Both the position numbers and the translations under genes were made by a program. 64,000 nucleotides of DNA, taken from NCBI GenBank assembly GCA_050084985.1, contig JBITNC010000001.1:156736001-156800000 (forward strand), read 5' to 3'. Numbering within the stretch: the first letter of the stretch is position 1; each line of letters begins with the position of its first letter. The stretch comes from Nageia nagi (taxonomy: Eukaryota > Plantae > Pinophyta). Below the pieces are notes generated by a model, which worked only from the letters and a program-made list of their open reading frames with translations, made no database searches and was not told where the DNA came from. This document shows, one piece after another, positions 50,015-61,534 of this stretch.

Positions 50015-52308
50015 ATCGAAAATGTTGTGGCTGACGCAGAAGCAGGAAAGGGCAGTTGGCGCTCGACTACCAGTTAGCCACTTTGTAAGCAGCAGCAACC
50101 AGTCCGGTTAGTACCCACGGAGAGAGCAGACTAGTGTTGGACGACGAGCTCCTTGACTTGATCAAGGAAGGACTGAAAGTGGACCCGCAGGCTGCGAGCC
50201 TAATCAAGATCATGGAGAGAAAAATGGCTAGGGGGAGGATTCTTCGGCACAAGGTAGTAGACGGTCTGCTCCTGTTCCAAAACACGCGGGTCTACGTGTT
50301 GAAGTTCAAAGACATGTGAAAACGGATTTTGAAAGAGTGCCATGATGCACCGTGGGCTGGGCACCCTGGAAGATAGAGAACTTTGGCCTTGCTAGAGAGG
50401 GGATTCTACTGGCCAAGCCTAGAGAAGGATGTGGCAGAGTATGTGCGGTCCTGCCTAATCTGTCATCAGGACAAGGCCGAGAACAAAAAACCGCACGGGC
50501 TGTTGCAGCCCTTGCTTGTCCCGGTCCGACCCTAGGCGAGCATAAGTATGGACTTCATCGTCAGACTACCCAAGGTAGATGGCTTCAATAGCATCATGGT
50601 GGTCATGGACCGTTTCCCTAAGTACATGACGTTCGTTCTATGCAAGATAGGCTACACGACGGAGGTGGTTGCCAAGCACTTTTTCAAACACGTCGTGAAG
50701 TACTAGGGGATGCCGTTGAGCATCGTGTCAGACCGGGATGCACGGTTCACAAGCAATTTTTGGAGAGCGTTGTTCAAGCTGATGGGCAGTGCCTTGTTCA
50801 TGTCAACCAGCTACCACCCAGAAACGGATGGCCAGACGAAGCAGATCAACCGAGTGTTGGAAGATTATCTGCGGCACTACATCTCGGACAACCAGAAGGA
50901 TTGGCCCAAGCTGCTAGACTGCACGCAATTCTATTACAACTGCCACAAGGGCCGATCAAGTAAGTACTCCCCGTTCGAGCTAGCGATCGAACAGCAACCC
51001 ATGACCCCGCACACGATCGTCGCGACCTACCTGAGAGGAGACGTGGAGGCATCTCAATACCTGAAGACTTGGCATGATCGGTAGGACTTAGCAAGGATGC
51101 ATCTTCTGTAGGCCAACAAGAGGATGAAACAGCACATCGATGGGACAAGAAGGGATGTCGAGTTTCAGGTAGGCGACAAGGTGATTCTACAGTCGGACAC
51201 GGAGCACTAGCCACTTCCAACCGGACAAAGTAAGGCGTTGGCGCACAGGTGGGAAGGGCCATTCCAGGTAATCCAGAAAGTGGGCCGGGTCGCGTACAAG
51301 CTTCAACTACCGAACTGGATGAAGATACACCACGTGTTCCATGTGAAGCTGCTCAAAACATTTGTGGAGGACACGGAGGATCCTGCACGGAGTCACCCAA
51401 CCAGACTGCCCATCCACTTAGTGAACGAGCCAAGGCGGAAAGTAACCGGGGTGCTGGCGCAGAGGAAGGTCTACTTCAAGAACCGTGTGGAGCGCGAGTA
51501 CCTAGTGACCTGGGAGGACGACGGCATGCTAGAGACGACGTGGGAGAAAGCGGACAACTTGTGGCCGTTCGTCGATCAGGTCCAGGCGTTCCTGAATAAG
51601 AACCCAGAGTTGGTGCCTTGGACGCGCGGGTGCATGGCGATGAGGGCATTGCTGAATCAACCAGGGGAGTATGTGGTGGGGAAAACACTGTTCCCCACTC
51701 GCCAGCTGACTACTGGCATCTAAGCTCTCCTGTGCCCTTATGATCTCAACCTTCAAAGCGACCAAGCCTTCCTGCCTTCTGAGCCTTCCAAACCGTGCAC
51801 CCAAGAGATCTAGCAGCCACCTAACTTCTGCCCTTGCGATCTGAACAAGCGGGCAATGGGTCAACTCCGCCAATTGGTCGACTGGGCGGACCAAGTCTGA
51901 GTCTGTGCATAGTGTCTGTTCATAAGGTTGGTGAGCATTCTCGGCGGTACCCGACTCGCAAGTCCATGTCGTGGTCTATGCGGTGCCCAACTCGTAAGTT
52001 CGTGTCATGGTCTGTGCGGTGCCCAACTCGCAAGTTCGTATCATGGTCTGTTTGGCCTTTGAGCCCACGTATTGTACTCCTGGACGGTTTGATCAGTCAG
52101 TATAATAAAACAAACATTTTTCTTAAGACTTGTGCAATCTGTTCCTTGTGCATGTGTTTGTTTACTGACTTGTTTGTTTAGCTTTCTGCTACGTGTTGTT
52201 TTGGCGCTAACCTTGCAGGTCGTTTAGCTTTCCGGTGACCTTGTATTCACCCGTGTCCGTGCATGTGGGGCTTGGAATCGAACGATGGGCGATTCGGCAA
52301 ACCGCACA
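50009..52308 (+). mobile_element. Galadriel-like chromovirus, 3' half: integrase, chromodomain, PPT, 3' LTR (51672-52308)
   Basis: HDAPWAGHPG, SIVSDRDARFT, YHPETDGQT, RWEGPFQV, chromodomain EYLVTWEDDGMLETTWE, PPT AGGGGAGTA, LTR TGTGG...CCGCACA. Confidence 0.9.
51944..52051. repeat. 36-bp x3 tandem repeat in the LTR (single copy in the sister LTR)
   Basis: GCGGTGCCCAACTCGCAAGTTCGTGTCATGGTCTGT-like units. Confidence 0.92.
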
Positions 52309-55300
52309 CGACACCGGCTCTTCCTGGCTAAACGCACGGACACGGGCGAATACAAGGTCATTAGACTACACCTCTTCACGCGTCGACCTGCAGGGTTAGC
52401 GCCAAAACAACACGCAGCAGAAAGCCAAACAAACAAGTCAGTAAACAAACACATGCACAAGGAACAGATTGCACAAGTCTTAAGAAAAATGTCCATTTTA
52501 TTATACTGACAAATCAAACCGTCCAGGAGTACAATACGTGGGCTCGAAGGCCAAATAGACCATGATACGGACTTGCGAGTTGGGCACCGCTGAGAATGCT
52601 CGCCAACCTTATGAACAGACGCTATATACAAGACACTATGCACAGACTTAGACTTCGTCCGCCCAACCGGCCGACTAGAGGAGTTGACCCACTGCCCACA
52701 CACTCAAATCGCAAGGCAAAAGTCAGGTGGTTGTCCGATTGCTTGGGTACATGATTTGGAAGGCTCAGAAGGCAGGAAGGCTTGGTCACTTTGAAGGCTG
52801 AGATCACAAGGGCGCAGGAGAGCTTGGACGCCAGTAGTCAGCTGGAAGTGTTTTCCCAACCAAATACTCCCCCGGTTGATTCGGCAACGCCCTCGTCGCC
52901 GTGCACTTGCCCGTCCGTCTAAGGCACCAACTCTAGGTTCTTGTCCAGGAACACCTGCACTTGATCGACGAATGGCCACAAGTTGTCCGCTTTCTCCCAC
53001 ATTGTCTCCAGCATGCTACCGTCCTCCCAAGTCACTAGGTACTCATGCTCCACGTGGTTCTTGAAGTAGACCTTCCTCTACGCTAGCACCTCGGTTACTT
53101 TCCGCCCCGATTCGTTTCACTAAGTGGATGGGCGGTCTGGTTGGGCGACTTCGCACAGGATCCTCCATGTCCACAAACAGTTTGAGCAGCTTCACATGGA
53201 ACACGGGGTGTGTCTTCATCCAGTTCGGCAGCTAAAGCTTGTATGCAACCTGGCCCACTTTTTGGATTACCTGGAATGGTCCTTCCCATCTGCGCGTCAG
53301 GGCCTTACTCTGTCCGGTTGGAGGTGGATGGTGCTCCGCGTCCAACCGTAGCATCACCTTGTCGCCTACCTGAAACTCGACGTCCCTTGTCATCCTATCG
53401 ACGTGTTGCTTCATCCTCTCGCTGGCCTGCAAAAGATGCATCCTCACTAAGTCATGTTGATCATGCCAAGTCTTCAGGTATTGAGACGCCTTTGCGTCTC
53501 CTCCAAGGTAAGTCGTGACGACCGTGTGCGGAGTCAGGCTGCTTTCCAGTTGCCAACTTGAACGGGGAGTACTTACTCGACTAGCTCTTGTGGCAGTTGT
53601 AGCAGAACTATGCACAGTCTAGTAGCTTGGGCCAGTTCTTTTGGTTGTCCGCGACATAGTGCTGAAGGTAGTCCTCTAGCACCCAGTTGATCCGCTCCAT
53701 CTGGCCATCTGTTTCTGGGTGGTAGCTGGTTGACATGAACAAGGCGCTGCCCATCGGCTTGAACAGCGCTCTCCAAAAACTACTCGTGAACCGTGCATCT
53801 CGGTTTGATACGATGCTCAACGGTATCCCCCAGTACTTCATGATGTGTTTGAAAAAGTGCTTGACGACCACCTCCGCCGTGCAGCCTGTCTTGCATGGAA
53901 CGAACGTCACAAACTTGGAGAAACGGTCCACAACCACCATGATGCTGCTATAACCGTCCACCTTGGGCAGTCCGACGATGAAGTCCATACTTATGCTCAC
54001 CCAGGGTCGGACCAGCATAGGCAAGGGCTGCAACAGCCCGCGCAGTCTTCTGCACTCCGCCTTGTCCTGATGATCGATCAGACAGGACTGCACATACTCC
54101 ACATCCTTGTCTATGCCTGGCCAGTAGAATCCCCGTTCCAACAAGACCAGCGTTCTCTGTCTCCCAGGGTGCCCAACCCACAATGCGTCATGGCACTCCT
54201 TTAGGATCCGTCTTCGCAAATCTTTGAACTTCGGCACGTAGACCTGCATGTTTTGGAACAAGAGCAGACCGTCTACTACCTTGTGCCGAAGAATCCTCCC
54301 CTTAGCCGTTTCTCTCTCCACGGTCTTGATCTGGCTCGCGGCCTGCGGATTCGTCTTCAATCCTTCCTTGATCAGATCAAGGAGTTCGTTGTCTAGGACC
54401 AGTCTGCTCTCTCCGTGGGTACTAGCCGGACTGGCTGCTGCTACCTGCAAGGTGGCTAATTGGTAGTCGGGCGCCAACTGCCCTTTCCTGCTTAGTGCGT
54501 CGGCCACTACAGTTTTGGTCCCTACCAAGTAGACGATGTCATAGTCGTACTTGGCCAATTCGTCTTGCCAACGGGCCTGCTTGCCGGACAACTTCTTGGT
54601 TTGGAAGTATGTATTCGAGATGTTGTCCATGAGCACAGTGAACGGGGCCCTCAACAAGTAATGTCTCCAAGTCCTTAGGCAGTGGATGACCCCGGCCATC
54701 TCCTCATGCGCTGGCCATCTCTGCTAGGCATCCTTAAACTTGCGCGACTCGTACGCTATCGGATGCCCATCTTGCATGAGCACCCCACCTAGCGCATAGT
54801 CTCACGTGTCCGTCTGCACCATGAATGGCCGAGTGAAGTTTGGCAAACCCAACACTGGCGCCGAGACGAGTCGCGCCTTCAGCTTGTCGAACATCTTCTG
54901 GCACGGCCCAAACCAGCTCCATGGTTTCTCCTTCTTGGTCAGATCAATCAAGGGCACAGCTATCTTGGAATACCCCTCAACGAGTCGCCGATAGTAATTC
55001 ACTAGACCCAGAAAGGACCTGACCTCATGCACATTCCGCGGTGGCACCCAATCTTTGATCTCTTCTATCTTCTGGGGGTCTGGCTTGATCTGCCGACGTG
55101 ACCCAAGAACTGCACTTCGTCCACGCCAAAGGAACACTTCTCCCGTTTCACTAACAACTTGGCATCGCTTAGCAACTTAAAGACCTGGTCCAGGTGCGTG
55201 GCATGCTCTTCCATGGTTTTGGAGTAGACTAGGATGTCGTCTAAGTATACCACCACGCACTTGTCCAACAAGGGCTTAAACACCTCGTTCATCATCGTGC

Positions 55301-56110
55301 AGAAGGTGGCTGGGGCATTGCACATGCCGAACGACATCACCAACCATTCGTACGTGCCATACCGGGTCATGCACATTGTTTTCTCTTCATCTCCCATTGC
55401 GATCCTAATCTGGTAGTACCCCGACTTCAGATCTAGCTTGCTAAATACTTTTGCACCGGCCAGTCTGTCAAAGCAATCGTCCATCCGCGAGAGTGGATAC
55501 TTGTTCTTGACCGTCAGTTTCTTGATTGCTCGGTAGTTGATGTAGAGGCGTAGGCTCCCATCCTCCTCTTTCTAGAATAGGACTGGCGCACCGTAGGGGG
55601 ACTTGGCCGGTTTGATATATCCTGCAGCTAGCAACTCAACCAGCTACCGTTTCAGCTCTTTCAACTCCGGCCCGGACATCCTGTATGGTACTCCAACGAG
55701 CAGCTTGGCCCCTGGCACCAACTCTATTGCATGGTCTATTCCCCTTCTCAATGGCAGCATGGGGGGTAACTCCTTTGGCATGCGGTCCGCGTTCCGTAAC
55801 AGAATCATCTCCAGCCCTGCAAGGCCTTTGCGATATTCCTAGCGAACTGCATTCCGCACCGTCGTCTTCATCGTCCCAGCCGCCTACCCGTACTGCCACA
55901 TATGTCGGCCTAGCATTCTTCTTCGACACGGCCTTACACATGACCAAAGCTAACACTAACTGCACCCGTCCAGCATAGGCTATTTCTTCACCCACTTAGT
56001 CGTTTGCTTTTGTCCGGCTCCTTTCCCTTTCTCCCGCATGGTCCTGCCCTTCTTGGCAGCCGGCTCACATGCTCCTCGCTTGCCTCGTCGTTTTCCAATG
56101 CTTCTGCCTT
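52309..56110 (-). mobile_element. Second Galadriel-like chromovirus: RT, RNase H, integrase, chromodomain, partial 3' LTR (from 52864); gag/PR and 5' LTR missing
   Basis: FSKLDLKSGYYQIRI, YLDDILVYS, VRSFLGLVNYYRR, 363-aa RH-IN ORF 53608-54699, PPT GGGGGAGTA. Confidence 0.93.
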
Positions 56111-56119
56111 TGTGCATCC

Positions 56120-56450
56120 CAATATGTTTGGAATGGTACAATATCCTTGAACTATTTTAGTTTTTCCATATATTCCTATATTACAACGTCCATCTCTATA
56201 CCTGCATGATCTGAATCTGGTATCTCCTTTGGAGTGAAGAGGGGTTTGCTTGGACGAGGGAGTGGGCTATGTGTTTGCTTAATAGACCACTCACTTTCTG
56301 GTGTAGTGCCCTTGTTGGGCGTTCTCTCATCTATCTTTGCCAACAACTTATTCATTAATTCAATCATAGTATCCAATTTCGGATCTACCATCCCTTCTCC
56401 TTGTCTTCTAGTCTTTCTTTGATAATAATGATGAACTTCAACGTGCATAG
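56120..56450 (-). pseudogene. N-terminal gag remnant of another chromovirus (element F)
   Basis: MHVEVHHYYQR...PRPSKPLFTP...EYMEK, resembling the A/B Gag N-termini (MKPRIHRYYTR; SKPMFAK); candidate LTR start CGTAATGTCCCC at 59568 on minus. Confidence 0.5.
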
Positions 56451-56998
56451 AAAGATACTAAAACTTGGTAGGTATTGTTTCTTCTAATATGAATTTCCTT
56501 CCTGAATGAAATAAGAATCCGCAATTCTGAATATGGTGCTCGAATTCTAATCTAGGGTTGGACGTCCCTCTTTGAGCTCTTCAAAATCTGAAGTTGCTCC
56601 TCCAAAGGTGTACAAACTTTCTCTCTCTTTGCCAACTTCGAATGGATGCCAAAAGATGCAAATTGTGATCTCCAATTTGGTGTGCTTCTCTTTCATGCTC
56701 AACATTCCTCTTATATGATCCTTAAAATTTTCAAATTTGTCCTTTTTCCCTCCAAAATTAATTTCTTTGTCAAAACTACAATATTTTTATGAATTTTGGA
56801 TGACTTATTACTCCTTTAATTTGCCTTTCGAATTAAAATATTTTCTCCAATTAAACTATATCCTTTTCAAATCTGAAATACTCTCAATTGGCGTAATATT
56901 CCAAAACTGGAAATTACATGATTAAAATATATTTCAATTGCATTTTGTAATAATTAGGAGTAATTTGGCATTTAGGAGTATTTAATTGTAATTCTCCA

Positions 56999-59373
56999 TG
57001 TAATGAAATGCCCCTCTTCTAGAGAAGAGTACGCATGATTTATGATTTCTTTAGCAGAGGTCTCAAGGATAGGAGTTGTGGGTCCAAGGGACCAAATTGT
57101 GAGCCCAAATTTGGGACATTTTCCTCCTTGAGTAGGATAGGAGCGTTTTATTGCATCTAGAAGTGATTATGATGTTTCCAAGGACAATTCGCAAGCGTCA
57201 AAGTCAGACGCCAACCTTGCACAATTTCAAGACGAAATCTAGGCCATAATATGAGACCTCCAAGCATGCATGACAACAAGGTGAGATCTAGCCCTCACAA
57301 GGAGATGTCTAGCTATAAGAGAGGTGGATGCATGGAGCAGGGGACATCTTGGAATATTTGATCATCTATTTGCTAATTTGGCCGCTTGCCATCATTGCTT
57401 ATTAGATCGAAAGTTGTAACATCCCCTTTCTCTAAAAAATGAATAATTTTGGAATTCTAGGGATCCACTTCTGTAAATATTTTATTTATGAAACTATTTG
57501 TTGCTAGTTACTTGGGATAGAATATAATGGTCCTACGGACCCACATTGTAAGCCCCAAAGTGGGACATCTTCCTCCCAAGCTTAGCATGAATTATTTATT
57601 ATTAATTTGATGTGCTTGGGGATATAGTTCGCCACAGGTCTTGGAGGGTTGTTTAGACTTGTTCAATGGATAGAGCATCTCGTGGGAAACATTTTGATGG
57701 GTTACATGACATGTTTTGATCAAGAAATGAAAGAGTTATGGCCTCTTGAAGTTTGCCAGTTGGACCAGTCTTCCATATTGCGACTGCTCACAGAAATCCA
57801 GAAACATCTCCATATTGACCCCTTGAAGTGCGATGTCCCTCTCCTTGGGATATGAGTTAGTTATGGATTGTATTTAGGTGTGAGCTTGGTAATTAAGAGT
57901 ATATTTAGTGTGTTTTATCATAATAATAATGGGGGCCACTTGTATGAGTCGTAATACATGATTCCAAGGCAATTAATGATGGTAAATGCAATATTAGTCT
58001 CCAATAATGAGGCGTTCCATATCTAATCATTGGATCTTGTAATGTGGACCATTAAATATGATTATTGGCATCACTAGGCAACGATGGCATGTGCATGATA
58101 CCTAGGACACATCTAACCCCACGTTTGGGCAATTGAGGGCCTCTAAGAGGCTAACGTTGGACTTGGAGGTTGGAGTGATTACTTCTAGGTGAGATCCAGA
58201 TCCAAGGAATGTTATATAAGACAGCAGAGCCTTATTGCGGAGATAGACTTGATTTTATACAGGTATCCTTCTCTTCGAAGTTCCAAAGACTTGGCAATGT
58301 CAAGCACCATTGAGCGCAGCGCACAAGGAGAGTTCAAGAGGCATAGAACACCTTTTGTCTCACAGTTGGATGAATGTTCATGCTTGTGAGGTTACCCTAC
58401 CCTACGGCATCCACAAGCATTCTGCACCTTTGAATCCATCCGGTAGCATTCTAGAATCACATTCATTCTCTTCGCCACGAGCTAGCCTGTGAGGGAGCCC
58501 TTCAGTGAGGCATCCATAGAATTGGTAGGAGGTGATTGTTCTACATCAATTTTAGGATCTATCTCAGCATTTGTATGCCCTAGTTGGCTCCTTGGAGGCC
58601 AACGTTGAACCCTTTGGGTCTATTCGGTATTGTACTCATTCATTCATCATTAATTGAATCCGTGGCATACTTGGATCTCATTACTTGTCTCTATATTTGA
58701 TGTTCATGCTTCCATATTTCCAATGTTGAGCTATTTATGTATGTACATGCTTGTATGGTGAATCGTTGGCATTCTTGGACGTGTTTTGCATAATATATGA
58801 GCCCCTGTGTATGACATTGGGCATTTTATGGCATTGGTGCTTGTACAGTAAGTTGTTGGCATTCTTGGCTCATTTTAATGTTTATTTGATACCCTGGATC
58901 AAACATGGCATGCTTGAGGTTGAATTTGATATTTTTGAATTATTTATTTGGCTAATATATGCGTGAGAATATTTGGGGATATTACAAAAGCCTCATTAAC
59001 CTTTCGTGTCCATGGTGGAGCCTCATCAAGCTCCTACCATCTTGTGTGTAGACCTTCAATGCTTAGATCCAAGAGATTGAAACCCTAATAGTAAGACGTC
59101 AGCCTCTGGGAGAGATTTGGAGTTTTTGAGAGCCTCAGTTCCAACCCTTTAGCCAAACGTCAACCCTTTTGGGCCATTTGTAGTGAAATCTAGTGATTTG
59201 GAGTGATTCGTCCAACCCCTTGGGCCATTTTGGACACCTTTTGAGCATTGTGCCCGTCCATTTGAGCAATAATATTTCAGATCTGATTTTCCTTGGCTTC
59301 TATTCTTGGTGCTTTCTTGTGATCTTGATGCAATTTGTGTGAATTCCTAATTTTTATAATTTGGAACATTATA
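56999..59373 (+). mobile_element. LTR E (A/B-related family), interrupted by solo LTR D; ends approximate
   Basis: Shares the GGGTCC..GGACC..ATTGTGAGCCC..TGGGACAT and AGGTGAGATCT..TATA motifs with the A, B and D LTRs. Confidence 0.5.
57415..58986 (+). mobile_element. Solo LTR D (1.57 kb)
   Basis: TGTAACATCCCC...GGGGATATTACA inverted termini, TSD AAAGT/AAAGC, TATA TTATATAAG ~58213. Confidence 0.85.
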
Positions 59374-60090
59374 ATTCGCCCTTCCAAGATTTCGAAATTA
59401 AATTTCTAAAATTTCTCACAATTAAAATACACCAATTGAAATTCTCAAACCTGAATTTATGCTAAAAATAATAAAATAATCCTATAAGCTGATAATTCAC
59501 ACTAAAAAAGAGCATCTCACTTCCTGGCAGTGAAGTGATTAAGACGCCAAAAATTTGGGGACATTACGTGAAAGGATACCAATGGTAGCTTATGATATTG
59601 ATTTTACAAATAAATAGGATATTAAAAATGAAAAAACAAATCTCATAAAAAATTAAAACCTGCGAGTCAAATTCATCAAGTTCATTTCACATGTTTAAAA
59701 TAAAACTCTTTGTGGTACTAGTAAATTCTAGAAAATGACACACCACCAACCCAAGCTCGGGAATACATATCCCTTACAAATCAAAATCATGTGATTGAAC
59801 TTATAGATCTTAAAATGGATTTATGGCAACGATTTCCAAATGCATTGACCAGCCAATAAAAGAAGACTCAGAAATCCTGCAACTCGTAGCAAAACACTGA
59901 ATTTTAAGTTGAGACATCTAGTGAAATCGTCTCATTTTTATGCCACATATTCCTGGAGCTCTCATGTGTCTGGACTCTGAATTGCCCAGATTTCCTTCAC
60001 ATAAAACAACTGGATAACTGTACATTAATCTCAAGCTACAAACTTTCTGGAAAAAATTATTATCTAGATATAACCTTGAAAATATGATAC

Positions 60091-60179
60091 CTGCTACAAG
60101 ATGAGTCTTCTCCAGATCCATCACAAATTTTTTCTACTTCAAAGACCAAACTGCCAAATCCAATCTTATGAATCCATAC
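60091..60179 (-). CDS. Internal exon of the class-3 lipase
   Basis: CTGCAG| VWIHKIGFGSLVFEVEKICDGSGEDSSCS |GTATC; matches the VW...GSLV..VEK.CD.SGED..CS block of plant Lipase_3 proteins. Confidence 0.9.
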
Positions 60180-60279
60180 CTGCAGTTGACATCAAGGACC
60201 GTCAAAAATAGGATACACTCCTCTCGTTTGAGGTTGAGATAATTAGAATATATGTAATATAAATGAAATCCAGTGGTTT

Positions 60280-60487
60280 CCATTTTAACTCATGAACCAT
60301 GAATGCATTCAAGGGCATTAGTGTGCATTAGATATTTGACATTAAAGAGTTTCAATATATCCCTTCACCTTTGTAGGTGGCTACCATTTTAACTCATGAA
60401 CCTAGAATGCATTCAAGGGCATTAGTGTGCATTAGATCTTTGACATTAAAGAGTTTCAATATATCCCTTCACCTTTGTAGGTGGCTA
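60280..60487. repeat. 104-bp near-perfect tandem duplication in the upstream intron
   Basis: CCATTTTAACTCATGAACC...GTAGGTGGCTA x2. Confidence 0.95.
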
Positions 60488-61534
60488 TAAGTCTTTATCT
60501 TCTGAGGGTTCAAATTCTGAAGCTAGAAATGGCATTCATTTACATGTCAAAAGTCATGACTAATGATGTTGTCAAGATAATCAAATAGTAAAGTGGCTTG
60601 CTGGTACTTCTAAATTACATACAAATAATTGATGTGATACCAGATGGTCTATCTACAAGAAAAAATGTCCAAAAGACATTAGGTTAGTCGCATGGGAAAG
60701 AACCAATATAGCCAGTGAAAACCAATGGAAGCAGCCAACCACTAGAAATTTAGTATTTGTAAACTAATACTAAAATCCACACACTCATTAGGTATAATAG
60801 ATTCACAACCTTATTGTTTACGGTAAGGACATTGCATGGGTTTCTGTAAACAATTGTGATCACAAATGCCTGCAATCTACCCACCAAAGCTAGCCTTTTC
60901 CATTCTTGATTCTTCACTCTTCATCAATCTCACTCATGTAGCATACCATTGGCCCTTATAAGCATGAAACAGTAGCAAGGCATATCTATGAATCCCTGCC
61001 AAATTCCAAGCAGTGGATTCCATCCTTGCAAACCTTGCCTTGTATGAGTCTCATTCTCCTACTGCCATAGTTCTAGTGTATTGCAGTCTCTAGTTTTGGT
61101 TTCAAGTGTTCTTTCTTCAAGCTGTCCTTTAAAATGATTCTCATATTTTTTAGTTAGAAAATACACTTCCTTGGAACTCCCAAAAATCGAGAACTACTGC
61201 TATGTTACTGTTTGCCTGTCTAAGAGAAAACATGTGTACAAGTGAATCATAAGCTTGGAAACTTAAGAACATACACATCCATACTCATCATTCTAGGAAA
61301 GGAAGACAAAGAGGCATGTACATTTAGTTTTGAATTCAATGCCAAAAGTGAAACATTCGTAATATTTGCACTTATTTAAAGGTGTATGTGCAAGGGTTAT
61401 CACCTTTATTTTGACACTTGAAAGCCAATTTGTGATTTAACTACACTTTATGTTCATTTGGTTTTAGAGGTCTCTACAATTATTCCCTCTCAAAAGAAGC
61501 TAGACTCCTCACCAGAGTAAAACCTTTAGAACTG

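Larger units (their letters stand above)
23457..60090 (-). other. 36,634-bp GT-AG intron of the lipase gene, filled with nested TEs
   Basis: Donor AG|GTATCAT at 60090, acceptor TTTTGCAG| at 23457; the joined codon AG+A gives ...GEDSSCS-R-SVSGN. Confidence 0.85.

Noticed and set aside
50009-54525. Assembly fold-back artefact or recent palindromic duplication
   Set aside because: The arms differ by many substitutions, indels and repeat copy number
59918-60124. 68-aa ORF from the track as a gene
   Set aside because: It overlaps the true lipase exon in a different frame and runs into the intron
60700-61060. LINE ORF1 trace (EWKRLALVGRL on minus) or a further lipase exon
   Set aside because: Too short and degenerate; the expected upstream lipase motif (DIVPHLPP...HHFPRE) was not found up to 64000
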